NCBI RefSeq assembly: GCF_009914755.1
Contig: NC_060925.1
DNA length: 64,000 nt
Reading direction: 5' to 3' (one strand)
Source of the DNA: the human T2T-CHM13v2.0 reference genome, Homo sapiens
Shown here: positions 1 through 14,547 of the stretch, piece by piece
How the letters are laid out: each line of letters begins with the position of its first letter
Numbering within the stretch: position 1 is the first letter of the stretch
Position numbers and translations under genes: made by a program
Notes under the pieces: model-generated
What the model saw: only the letters and a program-made list of their open reading frames with translations
Databases searched by the model: none
What the model was told of the DNA's origin: nothing

Positions 1-280
1 TGGATTTTTTTTTTTTCTTTCTGAGAAACAGTTCATACTGGCTAAAATCTATCGGCAAATGGCTGCAATAAATTATTTTGATGATTTTAGTCTGTTTGGT
101 TTCTTTGCATTTCATTTGATTAGTTTTTGAGAAATTCTGATGACTAATGCCTCTGAAGAGCTTCTTGAACCACAACACAATGGGGCAGGACTAAGTGCTC
201 CATATGAATAAACACATACTATTATTCTTAGTTAAAAATAACATCATTTCAAGTTGAAAAGCATTGTGCATTTTGGAATT

Positions 281-927
281 TTCATTAATTTGTTAGGGTT
301 GACATAATAAAGTACCACAGACAAGGTGGCTTAAACAACAGAAATGTATTCTCTCATAATTCTGACGGCTGAGAGCTGAATCAAGGTATTGGCAGGTGTT
401 GTTTCCTCGGAGGCCTCTCTCCTTGGCTTATAGGTGGCCATCTTCACCACCTATGGGTATGTCTTCACATGGCCTTCCCTTTATGTGTATCTGTGTCTTA
501 ATCTGCTCTTGTAAGGATATCAGTCATGAGGGCCCCCCTTGATAACTTCATTTACCTTAGTTACCTCTTTTTTTTTTTCTTTCTGAGACAGAGTCTCACT
601 CTATCACCCAGGCTGCTGTGCAGTGGCACCATTTCAGCTCACTGCAACCTCCTCCTCCTGGGTTCAAGTGATTCTCTTGCCTCAGCCTCCTGAGTAGCTG
701 AGATTACAGGTGTGTGACACCATGCCCGGCTAATTTTTGTATTTTTAGTAGAGACGGGGTTTTGCCATGTTGGTCAGGTTGGTCTCGAACCCCTGACCTT
801 GTGATTTGCCTGCCTCGGCCTCCCAAAGTGCCTACCTTAGTTACCTCTTTAAAGACCTTACCTCCATATACTGGGGGTTAGGACTTCAACATAGGAATTT
901 TTGGGGGATACAATTCAGCCCAAGACA
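281..927 (-). mobile_element. MLT1A/MLT1A0-type ERVL-MaLR solo LTR, interrupted by an Alu
   Basis: Antisense MLT1A-type motifs 'aaagtaccacagacaaggtggcttaaacaacagaaatgtattctctca' through 'gggggttaggacttcaacata...caattcagcccaagaca'. Confidence 0.8.
571..831 (-). mobile_element. Alu (AluSg-like), 5'-truncated, with an 18-bp TSD
   Basis: Poly-T then antisense Alu ending at 'tcccaaagtgc'; TSD taccttagttacctcttt at 553-570 and 833-850. Confidence 0.95.
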
Positions 928-1746
928 AAGTTCAGTATCATAAAATCATACTTACTATACCAAAGGGGTCTGGGCTAGTGGAGAAAACAGACTTTAAAAA
1001 TCTATATTATTTTTACTGTGTGTCTTTAGGTAAAAGCATAAGCCTCAAGTCCTTATTAAACATGGAAAGATGTTTATTCTTGGTGCAAGAATGAAGGGTA
1101 CTGTGCGACTTAGAGCAGACTCGAGAAAAGGTTAAGTGGATGGATTCTTAATTGTTCTTCTACCTTCCCCTACGTTTCCCCCTCACTCATTACAGTTAGG
1201 TATCAATATCTTCTTGCTGTAACCCTTCCATTAAAACCTGTTCTCACTATCTGCAACTTATTCATGCTATAATATGAATGTCCGACAACCACTTCAGGAG
1301 TTTTTTTCTGCTTAATGTTTTATTTTTCCAGAGACCCGAGCCTTAAGCCAAAGGAGTCATGCCTTAAAGGAATTTCAGAGATCAGTTAGGGGATGAAGAA
1401 AGTATTTCCTGAAATCCTTTTCAGTACCCTGGATATCACCCCACCCAGATAATTGCTTACTCACCCTTTTACAATGTCAGCCTTGATGATAACTCAGACG
1501 AAAGATGTACTTAATTAAAAATAAAGCCCAACACCAGAGAAAGATGTCTTGTAGACAAATTTTCTAGCCCTAGTGTTACCCACCTGTGTTGCTAATGATG
1601 GTATACTTTTTAATGTGAGTCAACACGTGCTGGCTCCCATTTTCAGTGTTCCTAGATTTTTATCTGCCTGCCTTATTTTCAGAGGAACTGGCCTAACATC
1701 TCATGAGTGTTGATACTATTAGAACTGACCAATATTTGGGTTGGTT

Positions 1747-1767
1747 GGGGGGTGGGGTGGGCCTGGG
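1747..1767 (+). other. G-quadruplex-forming motif
   Basis: G6-T-G4-T-G3-CCT-G3. Confidence 0.55.
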
Positions 1768-2339
1768 AGGCTGGCTTTCCTGTTGGTCTCTAGCCTGTAG
1801 AACTGTTGTTGTCGATCATGTAGAATGAAAACTCCAACTTTAATGGTGCTCATTACATCATTCACTGTCTGAAGAGCATGCACACTGTAAGTTACCACAA
1901 GAAATGATAGCCGAGGATGGAAGCCTGAATATATTTGATCTTCATGATTTCAGTGTCTGGAGTGATGACTAGATATCTTTGTACCACTTTCCTTTCTAGT
2001 GGCTGAAAAGGTGTCTGATTCAACAGAAAAGTCCTTCAAAGTTTATACAAAACAATTTGTCTCAGAGCTTCTTGATTATGTAAAGGCCTCTTTAGCTTTG
2101 AAATGAGAAAATAATCGGAATCTTCCTATTACATTCTGGGAAACATACTCAGAGACATAACAATTCAGGAGGAAAAAAGGACAAAATGCCTTCCCGTCTC
2201 ACCAAAATTGAATTAAATAAGTGGAGCCTGGCAAAGGGCAGGCTTTATGTAGAAGTGATTTCCCCCTAGATCTAGAGATGACCTGATAGCCAAAGGTTGA
2301 GATTCATTTGATTAAAGCCTAAACTTCCATCTTTTATGT

Positions 2340-2460
2340 TATGAGTCTCTTTGAGATTTATAATCCTCATTTATAAAATGGGATTAATATTTTTACTTGT
2401 TAGTGTTACAACAAAATAAGATAATATAAGGTTTGTAAAGCACCAAGCACACAAATATTA
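2340..2460 (+). mobile_element. MIR fragment
   Basis: Core-like 'cctcatttataaaatgggattaata...tgtaaagcacc'. Confidence 0.6.
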
Positions 2461-2504
2461 GATTACTTTTCCTTGCCTTGGTAGCAAAACTCTCTAAAAA
2501 ACTC

Positions 2505-2860
2505 ACTTATTATGAACATGTTGAATTTGTTTGAAAAGTAGAAAGAGAATAGTAAGATGAACACAACTTAAGATGAACACACCTAGATTTAACAATTGTT
2601 AACATTTTACCATATTTACTTAATCTCTTTTTAGTTATTTTCTGAAGAATTTGAAGTAAATTACAGACATAACTTTATTTTAACTTGAAATATTTAACAT
2701 GTGCCTTGAAAAATGAACATATTCCCCTATAACTACAGTATCACTTTAGTCTAACAAAACTGATAATAATTTCTCAACATCAGCTGATACTTAGTCTATA
2801 TTGAAAATTTCCGGTGGTTTCCAAATGTCTTTCAAAGCTGATTTATTCAAGCAAGATCCT
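2505..2860 (-). mobile_element. Old L1M (L1MC/ME-type) 3' fragment
   Basis: 'aaaagtagaaagagaatagtaagatgaacac...acctagatttaacaattgttaacatttt' resembles antisense L1MC/ME 3' ends. Confidence 0.55.
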
Positions 2861-3349
2861 GATATGAGCATCTCATCAGGGAACTCTATTTTATCTCATT
2901 GCTGCCCACTAAGGGGGCCAACCTTGTTCTGTTGTTTACTAGTCAGCAGATCTGAAATTCCTCCGTAAGTCAGGCTAGGAACATACTTTAAGCTAACTCA
3001 ATACACAAACTTAAAAAGATAAATTGTGCACAACAGCAAATGACTCATATGTTTTCAGGGACTGTTTGAAGACTTGAAGTTGTGGTCTTCCTTTTGGTAC
3101 ATCTCAGCGTGCAAGCATAGGTGCTTGAATGACAGGAAGATGATTAGTGATAGTGGGTTTGGGGTGATGCAAACAGGAAGAAAAACTCATTTACATGGGG
3201 AATCTAAAATAATTAAATGTACAGAAGCAGAAAGTAAAGTGGAAGTAGGAAGGGAAACTAAAATTCGGGGATCCCAGTGGAGGAGGTGGCTTTGCATGAG
3301 GATGGAATGGACTCATCAGTACCCCACATAGGTTTAACTTACCACTTAT

Positions 3350-3555
3350 CATGGCTCAGTGGAAAGGCACAGATCTGGGTCCAGATCCCAGCTCCACTCT
3401 TCTAGCTGCATGACCTTGGGAAAATTACTATACATTTCATACTTTAGTTTTGTTTTTTCTTCTGTGTTGTGCTAATACTTTTGTCTACTTTCCATAGATG
3501 TTGAAGAGATTATAGCAGGTGAACATAGAGTTCTAGTTATATAGTAACCGCACAT
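3350..3555 (+). mobile_element. MIR fragment
   Basis: 'atcccagctccactcttctagctgcatgaccttgggaaaatta'. Confidence 0.65.
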
Positions 3556-3561
3556 AAAAAG

Positions 3562-3605
<44 letters not shown>

Positions 3606-3635
3606 AATCATCTATCTTCATTATTATTATTATTA
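3562..3635 (+). repeat. (TATC)n tetranucleotide STR followed by short (ATT)n
   Basis: About 11 TATC units seen directly. Confidence 0.97.
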
Positions 3636-4239
3636 CAATACTTTACCTCCTATGGTGGTTGGTGCTTCCAGCTCTATTGATGAATGCATCCCACACACAA
3701 TTGTGCTCAAAATGTCATGACCTAAAGTGAAATAAATACAGGAGACATAGAGACTTATCATAGGATAGGGGTTTTTTGTCATATTTCAAGCAAAGCAGTT
3801 CTCCCCTGATCCCTGTCCATCTCCTAACCCTCTTGGTCCATATGGAGGTACTGCAGCTCAAGGTCACAAGGCTATCCATGGCTGAAGCCTCTCTCTAACT
3901 CCCAGATGCCAAGACCTTGCAAAGCTCTGCCTCCTGCTGGCCCTACTTCCCAAGGTCAGTCCTGGACCTAGCCCGGTGGCCAGAGGGTCTTATAAGCACC
4001 CTCAGCTCAGCTCCAAAGAGAAAACTATCTCTCCCAACTACCTTGGTGGCCAAATTATCCTTTTCTAAAGCAGCTTTATTCCTATAGAATTTAGAAAGCA
4101 AAATACTTTTGTTTTCCCAGGAGAGAGGTTATCACAACAGTGTTTGGCAGGTACTTGTCATTGCTCAAGGGTTGCTAGGAGACAAATGAAGGCTGGCTTA
4201 AGACAGTTGCAAAGCATGGAATTCTACTCTCTAGAACTG

Positions 4240-4392
4240 CAGTCTTGATTTCAAATTTTAGCTTGCATCTGAATCACCTGGGGGTAGTTAAGATTCAGGT
4301 TCCTGGGTCTCTGGGTCTGGGATAGCTTGTGTTTCTAATAAACCTTCTAGTATAGATGACCCAGGGATCAGGATCACACTTGGAGAAACATG
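4240..4392. mobile_element. MER5A-type hAT-Charlie element
   Basis: 'gcatctgaatcacctgggg...ggatcacacttggagaaaca'. Confidence 0.65.
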
Positions 4393-4849
4393 GAAGCAAG
4401 TCAACTTGCCTAACAGTGAGTCTGTGGAAGTACCTCTCTGGCAATTGGTTTTCAGTGAATTGATTAAGAGCTGGGAAACATTTTCCTAAAGAAAATAGGG
4501 TCTTTTCAGCATGATTTCAGGGATATAGATCTCCACAGTCATTTATCAGTGCTGGAGTGGTGTTCGGGATTCTTTGCCTTTATTATCAAAAGCTTCTGTA
4601 GCCTGTTATCATTGACCTGATCATTGACCAGGTAGCCAGGAGAGGGAAGGAGGAGCTTTCTAGGCCATGGAACGTCACGTGAAAGGCCTGTGAAGGGAAA
4701 CATATGAAGAGCTGAAGGATCTGAAAGGTATTCAGCAGGTAAATTAATATGATTTGGTGCTAGATTGGCTTTGGGGAATAGCATGGAAAAGATGATGCCC
4801 ATGATGGGTTCTGGTTTCTGCTTATCCACCTGGTTGGTATCATTCAGGA

Positions 4850-5210
4850 AGTTAGGAAACACTAGGAGAAGAGTCTTGTCTTTTTTTATTGTTTCTTTGT
4901 CTGGAGGATTGGGAGATGGAAATGAGGATTTGGTTTTGGACCTGATTAATCTGAGATGCTTTTGAGATATCTAACGGAGATGATAAGTAGGCAGCTGGGC
5001 TGATGGGCATGGGGCTGGAAGGCATCTGGGTTCGACACAGAAAACTATGGGTCATGTGGGAATTGGTGGTTATGGAAGCTGTGGGTATGGGTGAAAATTT
5101 CCAGGGATAGTGTAGAGGGAGAATCATTGAGTTCTAATGATTGACCCTGAGGAATCTTAACAAGTAAAGTACAGGGAGAAGGGGAGGAGCCAGCGAAAGG
5201 AAGCCTGAGG
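4850..5210 (-). mobile_element. L2 fragment
   Basis: 'ggttttggacctgattaatctgagatgc...ggagatgataagtaggcagctgg' matches antisense L2 ORF region. Confidence 0.65.
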
Positions 5211-5240
5211 GAAGCTAATTTTTCTCAAGTGAAAAGTTTA

Positions 5241-5390
<150 letters not shown>

Positions 5391-6407
5391 TTAACTGGAA
5401 GAAACCAGTTGTTAGAAGGAGGTTGAATGTACTAGAGAGAGAAAGATTCCACATGAGATGTACATAGAAAGGCAGGAAGGATGGGACCTACAGCCCTGTG
5501 TTCCAAAGAGGTTATGGTGACACTGTCACAAAATATTTTGCTGAATATCTGTCAGGACACAGGTATTCTGAGAGTGTCACAGGGTTTTTGATCTCTGAAG
5601 GGCTAGTGTGCTTTGGCTTTGGCTTTCACGTTGACTCCTCTGCCTGGGGAAGAGAAGTCTCTATGTACATGCAAGAGCTGTGCATTTTTACAGAGACTCA
5701 GGGCTGAGAAGGGTTTCTGTGTGGGAAAGTTTATCTCCAACATTGCCTTCAACCAGGCTGGTCATGCAGTGTCCATAGTGCTCTGTGCCCTGACTTGGCT
5801 TCAAAAGGAATGGCCTGGAGAGACCAATACTTGTTTATTCTTTTCTATTTTCCTCTACTGAATTATGCAGCCATACAGGATTCCTATTATAAATTCCATG
5901 AATCAGCTCTTCCTAATGAAAGATTTTTGCATTTTGGGGCAATTTTTGTGGAAATATTTTGCAAAATGTGAAGTGACAGCTGCCTCTTGTCAGACACCCT
6001 GATTCCAGCTGCACTAGCAATTTGGGTTCCAGAAAGTTCTCAGACAGGAAGGAGTCATGCTATAGACACAAAACAACCCATACATTTAATTCCACTGGAA
6101 CTGCATTTAGATCCTACGGTCATGCTAGAGAAAGTTTGTAATTCTGGAATGGTTGCTGAGAAAGACTGTTTCCAGATTTTTACGCATCTATTTGTAATTT
6201 CTTGGTACCGATGATCAGTTTAATGAATGTCAACTGAGCACTTTGTCCAAGTCCCTGGGTGGGAGACAGATGAACAAGGCATGGTCCACATTACCAGAGT
6301 GCTGGGGATAGATGGATTCACAGACACAAAGTCATCATCTCTGCAATACAGAGGAAACAAAATGAAATGAAACAGTAACACAGAAGCAGAGAAGGTGAGG
6401 GAGGTGA

Positions 6408-6411
<4 letters not shown>

Positions 6412-6447
<36 letters not shown>
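6412..6447 (+). repeat. (TG)n microsatellite
   Basis: Seen directly. Confidence 0.97.
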
Positions 6448-6449
<2 letters not shown>

Positions 6450-7039
6450 TTAAGGGTGACACTGGCAGAGCTAGGACAAAGGCTGGAACTGGAAAATGCT
6501 CATAGAGCAGATGACAGTCAAGTTGGATCTTGAAACATGGGTGGGAGTTTGAGAGGCAAAGATGGAGGGTGAAGTGGGGAAGCCAAAGTCAAACACAAGG
6601 TCTGTTTGGTTATATTTGCTGAGCAGAGCTGTTACTTTGTACCTCTCTAGTCCACACACCTTTGATGAATTCCCACCACTTGCAAAATAAAGCCTAACCC
6701 TACAGCCAGTTTGGAGTAGGGAATGTCTGGCCATGCAGTTGATCTTCATTTTGCAGGTAGTGGAGAGTTATTGAAGGAGTTTGGCCTGGAGAGGTCCGAG
6801 GTAACAGCTCTGCTTAGCAAGGTCACCAAGGGGAGAAGCAGAGGAGTGAGTTGCGGGGCAGAGAGGCCTGTTGGGGGGCTGTGGCAAAATCCTAGGTGAG
6901 AATCCATGAACAAGAATGAGAATAGGAACAATGGGACTGAAAAAAAAAGATGGCAGCTATGAGGGAAGGACATAGAAAGGAAAGGGTGAAGTCAACAATG
7001 AATTGGAATCAACAGACGTATTTACTCAGCAGAGACAGT

Positions 7040-7472
7040 TAATGTTTCTCCCCTACCCCTAATATTTCCTCTCTTCCTCTTCTTTTGTTATGGAAATACT
7101 AGCTAGGTACGTGGTTACTCAGGATAAAGACTACATTTTTTTCCAGCCTCCTTGCAGCAAGGGGTCTCTAGGTATCAAGTTTTGGCTAACAGGATGCAAT
7201 GGGACAGTTTCTGCATGCTCTCTCTTCCTTCTCCCCCTACCCCCATTTCAATTCTTGGATGTGGCTGGGATGGTTGAAGCCCCTTCCAGTCATTAACAAG
7301 GGCTCTGCAGGACTGGTCAACAAAAGAGAAGGAGTCTTTGTCCCTGACACCATGGACCAGCCTGGTAAGCACCCAGACTTTTATGGGAGGAAGTAATAAC
7401 TACGGTCTTCGTTAAGCTACTGTTATTTTGGGTTTTCAGTCACTCACAGGTAAACCTAATTTGAGCTGATAT
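7040..7472 (+). mobile_element. Old MLT1 (MLT1J/I-like) LTR
   Basis: 'gactacattttttccagcctccttgcagc' and 3' end 'ttaagctactgttattttgggtttt...gctgata'. Confidence 0.6.
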
Positions 7473-8895
7473 AAATGGTGACTGATTTTGGCTTCTGCTG
7501 ACAAACCCAGAGACTAAAGGTAGGAGCCTGGGCCCCAGGAGAGGGGATGTTGGAAGGAACATCCCATTCAGGAGAGCAGGGCAGGTTCTGAGCACAAGGT
7601 AGCAGGCTAATGCTAAGAAGAAAGATGATCAGGAAGAACCTCTGCCCATGTGCTGTCTTTCGGCCCTGGTAGAGTTTGTCACATGCTAGAGTCCTTAGTT
7701 AGCAATGTCTTAGGAAGTGAAGGGGGATGCCAGTGTCCAGGCTTGGCTTTACAGAGAACAGGATGAGCAGCTTGGGCAGCCAGGAGAAGCTGTTATGAGT
7801 TGGCCAGGGATAAAGGACAGAGAGGGGGTATCTGGAAGAGGCATAAGAGACATCTTGGACAACATAAGCACTTCTGGGCATCCTTAGATGTATTTGGGAG
7901 GGTACTGATAATTTTGTCTTGCATAATGGGGGAGCTCAGATGGTCATCTTCCAAATATCAAAGGGGACAATTTGCATTTGGCCTTAGGTTAGAGGTTGGC
8001 CTAGGTGACCTCTAAAGCTATTTTCAAGTCTAAGAATCTATGATTCCATAAAACAATCAAATCACTAGCTTGATTTCCTAGTAGACATCATTCTTGTTTC
8101 CCCTCAACTGACTCTAGGCCAGAATCTTTTCTGCCAAGAGTAATGTGTTCAGATGGTGTGCATGTACTGGCCGGTGGGGCTAGGATAGTAACATTGTGAT
8201 TGGGTTTTCAGTCCACTAAGGTCCTGCTAGTGCTGACCCTGAAATGGGACCAGACTTGAGAATCACCTGGGAGGAGGGCCAGGATGCGGATGGAAATGGA
8301 AGTCCTGGAAAGGAACACTGGGGTGAGTGCCAGGCCATACGATACTTATTTTTAGAAGGTGTAATGATCAAAAACAAATTTTTGAGCAGGAAGCATTCCA
8401 GGACTGGATCTGGGGGCTGGGATCCCAGGAGAAGGGAAGCCAAAGGGACAGGTAAGGTCCAATCTGATGTGGCTGGTGGCAGAGAGGGTGGCTTCACTTG
8501 GGGAAGCCTCTGTCTGTTTATTTTTTAATGTGCAGAAATGCTGAATGAGAGAGATATGATTTAAACTAGGGAATTGGAACTAGCTGCAGAAACTCCATTT
8601 ACATGTCAACCAGTACCAGGGGGCACTGTGGAATGTGCAATGATGTGCCTTTTGCTTAATCTGTGCATATATTGTATCCTGAGACTTTCTGACACTGTAG
8701 AATATGCTTTCTTATGGAGAACTGGGTAGGCAGCTGGGGAGGAAGTTCCTGATTCCGGAAGCAAAGCTTCTGAAAGAGAAATGCCTGCTGCCCTGGGTGG
8801 CAGCTCTGGAAAGTTAGCCAAGTGGTGGCAAAACCAGGAGGGAGATTTCATCATGAGGACCAGATCTGGGTATATTTTATCTCCAAATTAATTAA

Positions 8896-9369
<474 letters not shown>

Positions 9370-10194
9370 TAGTTGATCACCTTTTAAAGATCGTGAGAGG
9401 CATTTTATATTCTGCTCCAGGTTGGCTTAGATGATCTGTAAGGACATCTATCAATTGATCACTGCTCCCCCTCATCATCTATGTCTAAAGTGTTTTTAGA
9501 AATAATCCCTTCAGCAAATGCTTATTCTGTCGCCTCCTCAGTATATTAACCCTTTGGGACAACTTGCCCAGAAAAACATTTCCAGACATATCTTACTCAG
9601 TAAACAGAGGGTTATGTTCTACGGATAGAACACTGTGAGCCCAGGCAGCTCTGCAATTGCAAAGAAAAAAGCCCTAGTCCAGAATTATTTTTAGAATGCA
9701 AGAGAGGCCAAATACATTGCTGTACTATATCAGAAAAAGGAAAAGTGGAGAGGGAGGGACACTATGGAAAAGGCAATGAGCATAAGAATGAATTTCAGGG
9801 AACCAAATCAGCATACAAATGGTGAGAGGCAGCCCCACTGGAATCCTTCATCCTGACAGGTCCCAAGGCACAAGCTGGGCACCTTCTTGAGGAATGAATC
9901 ATTTCAGCCTGCAGTGGGGGGAGCTGGACAGCCAAGATCTGCCAGAGACAGATGCTTCTCTGCAAGTGAAGAGTGAGGGCACTGCAGCCAAGTGTCCCCG
10001 GAGCACAGTGTGGCTTTGCAGAGGGGAGAAAAGGGCAGGAAGCAGCACTGAAGGACCCTTTCCCTGGGAACAGGCACTTCCACCCATCTGCTCCCCGAGG
10101 TCTCTGAACATCCCTCAGGGGCTCAGTGGACTGGTGTGAACTCAACTCTCTGTATTTTCTTGTGGTAGCCTTGAGGTCTCATGCCTTTTGAACT

Positions 10195-10440
10195 CGTGGG
10201 AGGCAGTATGAAGTTGGAAAAGCATTTTTTTTTTTTTAAATGAGATCAACTCAGTTTGAATGCTGGCTCAGCCTCTTAGATGTAAGATCTTGGACTAGCT
10301 ACTTAACCCGTGTAGGCCTCAATTTCCTTGTCTGGAATGTTGGGATATCTCCTAAGACAGTTACAGAGACTAATTAGTAATAAACAACAATACTTTTAGT
10401 GTTTTTGATCTATAGAGGATTCTCAGTAAATGTTAATCCT
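10195..10440 (+). mobile_element. MIR fragment
   Basis: 'acttaacccgtgtaggcctcaatttccttgtctggaatg'. Confidence 0.55.
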
Positions 10441-10964
10441 CTTCCCCTGGGACCATGTTTTAGACCTGGCACCTGTGGAATTTGTATGATTTTGTAATTA
10501 ATGGCTACCCCACCTAAGATGGCACCAGCAATATGCCTAATGTCACTGGACCCAGGTGAAAACTGACCAGCTGAGAATGCTTCACAGCCTTCACCAGAGA
10601 GGGGACAGAGCCACCCGCTTAGGAATCCCTGACCAGACAACACCAGCTGTTTAGAAAATGCCCACCCTGTACCCTGCTCTGTGCTAGGGACAGTGAAATA
10701 AGTATACATAGCTATTTAGAAGAAGACTTCTGCCCTGAAGGCTTTATAATCTGGATGGGAGAGGAACTCTGACACTTGATAGATTAGAAGCTCTGAAACT
10801 TAGAAACAGACGTACAACCCCAGACATGGTCTACATTGCAGAGTACCTGAGGGACTATGACGTTCTGGCCAAGAAATTCTCTTTTAATGCAGCAAAAGAT
10901 GGCAGTGTCCCTAGGGCTGAAGCATCTCATGCTGAATTAAACAGATTGAGAAGGACTGATAAAA

Positions 10965-11225
10965 ACAAATAAGAGCTAGTATTTCTTTAAGGGGTTTTTT
11001 GTTTTTTTTTTGTGTGTGTGTGTGCCAGGCCTTGTACTAGTCACTGTACTCGTTCATCTTTATTGCAGCCTGACAAGGATAAGTAATATTAACCACAGTT
11101 TAGAGGTGCAGGGCTGGATGCTCTGGGAGGCAACCCAGCGTCACAAGGGAAGGGCCAAGATTCAAACCTAGATCTTTCTGACCCTAAAACTCGATGTTCC
11201 TTTGACTATGATGTGCTGCCTCTCA
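10965..11225 (-). mobile_element. MIR fragment
   Basis: 'gccaagattcaaacctagatctttctgaccctaaaactc'. Confidence 0.6.
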
Positions 11226-12889
11226 CAGAATTAGGCAGCACATCCCTAAGAACTGCTGAGTAGGTAGCATTTCCCCTAAGAACTCTCAGACATTCGTTTG
11301 GAGTGAGGACACCCAACCCTGGTAGAAATATAGCAAGTGGCTCATTACAGCATCACAGGTAGAGGGAGGGAGTTAGGAAGGTTGAGTTGAAAGCACCCCT
11401 ACCAGTCTGCTCCTCTCTGCAGAGTGCAAACGCTCCCCACCACAGCCAGCTCTGGGTCACTTCCTTGGCTCTGAGGGGCAGAGGCTGCCTGGCAGGTGCT
11501 CTTACCTCTCCTGGGTCCCCAGAATGAGGTGCTTTCCTCAGGGAAGGACTATTGCAGCCAGGTGAGACAGATGGAAAAGGGGAGCACTTTAGTCCCGGGT
11601 CCTTGTTCTAAGTCTTCCCTTTCCTGACTGGTCACTGAACCATCCAGGCCTGAAAACTGGGTTAGTTTTACCATCTCCTTCCCAGGGTTTTGAGGGAGTA
11701 AGGTAAAGTCCTAGAGTGAGAGAGCTCTGTAAAGTGCTGCATCCATGCCGGGTAACATTTGACCATTTGACACATAGCACTGTGGTGGGTGAGGGGTAGC
11801 TTTTTTTTTTTTTTTTCTTAAAGTGTAGGTTCTTAAATTCTCACTGAAAATAGACTCGAAACTACATTCTTGGCAGAGTACGAGAGAAAGGCCTGACTGA
11901 AGCCATCAAACTTCTTTCAGGGAGCTGTTGGCTGCAAGGAGAGCCTCAGCTGAGGACAGTGTCTGAGAGAATAACCTCCTCAGGCCCCGCGGAGGGACGG
12001 ATGCGTGCGGGTCACAGCCAGCCATTGCTCAGAGCAGCGTGGGCGGCCGGGAGGGCCCACACAGCACTTGACTGCTGCGCTGCAGCCATCATTCCCAGCA
12101 GGGCATCTTCTCACTCCACTTGTCTGGCATCGGCAGGGCTGCACAGAAGCCCAAAGATTGAGCCAACTGGGGTGGCAGAGAGGAGCAGTAAGAACGGAAT
12201 GAAAAAAAAAAGAAAGAAAAAAAACAACCTCCAGCTAAATGCTATCCTACCATGAAATATCAGACTTTTCCCTCAAACCCTCGGTTCCCCTTTCACCAAT
12301 CCCAAGCAAAATAATGGACAAGTCTGATTCTGTAGCTACAGCAGACACATGGTCTGGAAATGGGGGCTGTTACCTCCATTTCAGCCCTGGGTACCTGGAG
12401 GGTGGGGAGGGAGGCCGTGGACTGGATCACTGGGCTGCTCCTGTCCTTTACTCGGGGTGGAGTTTCTATCCGGGGTCTGGGTTGGCCCTGCCTTGGTTAG
12501 TCCTGGAGAACTGCAGCCTCCTCAGTCTTGCTGCAGATGTCAGGAGCATATTTTATAAAGATTGGATTCTCTTGCTTTGATCTCCTTGGGAGGGAGGATT
12601 GGTGGCCCCAAATCTGAGGATACTTCTCCTTTCAGAACTTGAAATCTGAAGGGATCAGAGGAGTTCCAGGGTATTCCATAAGGATTTGGATGGGCTTTGG
12701 GCTTCCGTTCCAGCAATTAACCAACCTAAGGAAACTGCTTAGGGTCTGGGCCTTTGCAGGAAAATCAGATTCCAGAATACGGAGGGTGAACAATCAGGAC
12801 TCAGGCCACTACTCCCAATCATGAGCCTGTGGTAGTCAATGCCAGTCAACTATGATACTCTCTGAAACTGAGCCCAGTCTCCTTGGCAT

Positions 12890-13190
12890 TAATCCCAGCA
12901 CTTTGGGAGGCCGAGGTGGGTGGATCACAAGGTCACGAGTTTGAGACCAGCCTGGTCAACATGGTATAACCCCGTCTCTACCAAAAACAAACAACAACAA
13001 CAACAAAAAAACTGGTCATGGTGGCTTGTGCCTGTAATTGCAGCTACTTGGGAGGCTAAGGCAGGAGAATCATTTGAACTCAGGAGGGAGGCGGAGGTTG
13101 CAGTGAGCTAAGATGGCACCATTGCACTCCAGCCTGGGCAACAGGGCGAGGCTCCGTCTCAAAAAAAAAAAAAAAAAAAAAAAGAAAAAA
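12890..13190 (+). mobile_element. Alu (AluSg-like), 5'-truncated; middle A-rich linker expanded to (CAA)n
   Basis: Starts at 'taatcccagcactttggg'; long A tail; no clear TSD. Confidence 0.93.
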
Positions 13191-13254
13191 GAAGTCTTTT
13201 CAACAGAGAACTCTCTGAAAGTGTTACCATTTGTCAGGAGCTGTCACTTGAAAT

Positions 13255-13900
13255 TCATTTTTTCATTCAATCGTGTGACAAATATTTACTGAGCTTTTAC
13301 TTGATGTCAAATACGGCAGTAAGCATTGGAATAAAATTCTGGGTAAAATCAGAGAGTATTCCTGCTCTGCAGAGCATAAAGTTCAGTGGGAGAGCTCAAA
13401 TATATCAACAAATGTAAAATTGCAATTGTGACAAGTATGTGTTAAGGGAGAAACATACAGTGCTCATAACCAAAAGATTTCACCTGGCTGGGGAAATCAG
13501 GGATGAAGGGATAGCTGAGCTGAGATCTGAAGGATGAGTAGGAGTTAACCAGGTTAGGTGGAGGTGTGGGTGGAGGAGCTGTGGGTGGAGGAGCACTTCA
13601 GGCACAGGGAGGAGCCTGTACACAGCCTGTGGTGGGAGGGAGGCTGCAGAGTGTGAGGGCTGAGCACAGATGAGGCTGGAGAGGCAGATGGAGCCTGTGG
13701 TCTGGGCTCTCTGAGCCAAGTTAAAGGGGTTTTGCTTTTATCCTGAGAGCAATGGGAGGTCACCAGGAAGGTTTATGTAGTGACAATGTGTGTTTTGAAA
13801 AGACCACTCTGGATAGAGTGAGTGTGCAGAATGAATTGGAGGAACTCATCAGGAATGTGGGTAGATCAAGGTTCTAGGTGACGATGTTACCTGCATTTTG
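13255..13900 (-). mobile_element. L2a 3' fragment
   Basis: 'cattcaatc...caaatatttactgagc' 3' end and 'ttttgaaaagaccactctgg'. Confidence 0.75.
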
Positions 13901-14051
13901 TATGGTGGGTTGTGTTCAAAAGAATCTGGAAGTCACTGCTCCAGAGACTTCTAAGGAAATGGATCTGTTCTGGGGTTCTAAGCCAATAGGAAGGAACTCA
14001 GCACTGAATGGGGAGGGACTAATACCTATCAGATGATGACTGAATCATTAA

Positions 14052-14547
<496 letters not shown>

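Noticed and set aside
8612-8628. CTCF-like agtaccagggggcactg
   Set aside because: Lacks the conserved CC at the start of the core; weaker than the 21.46 and 34.03 kb motifs
12846-13220. Similar 'tcaac...actctctgaaa' on both sides of the Alu as a TSD
   Set aside because: Copies are offset from the Alu ends by 10-20 bp and only 11 bp are exact; cannot be told from chance
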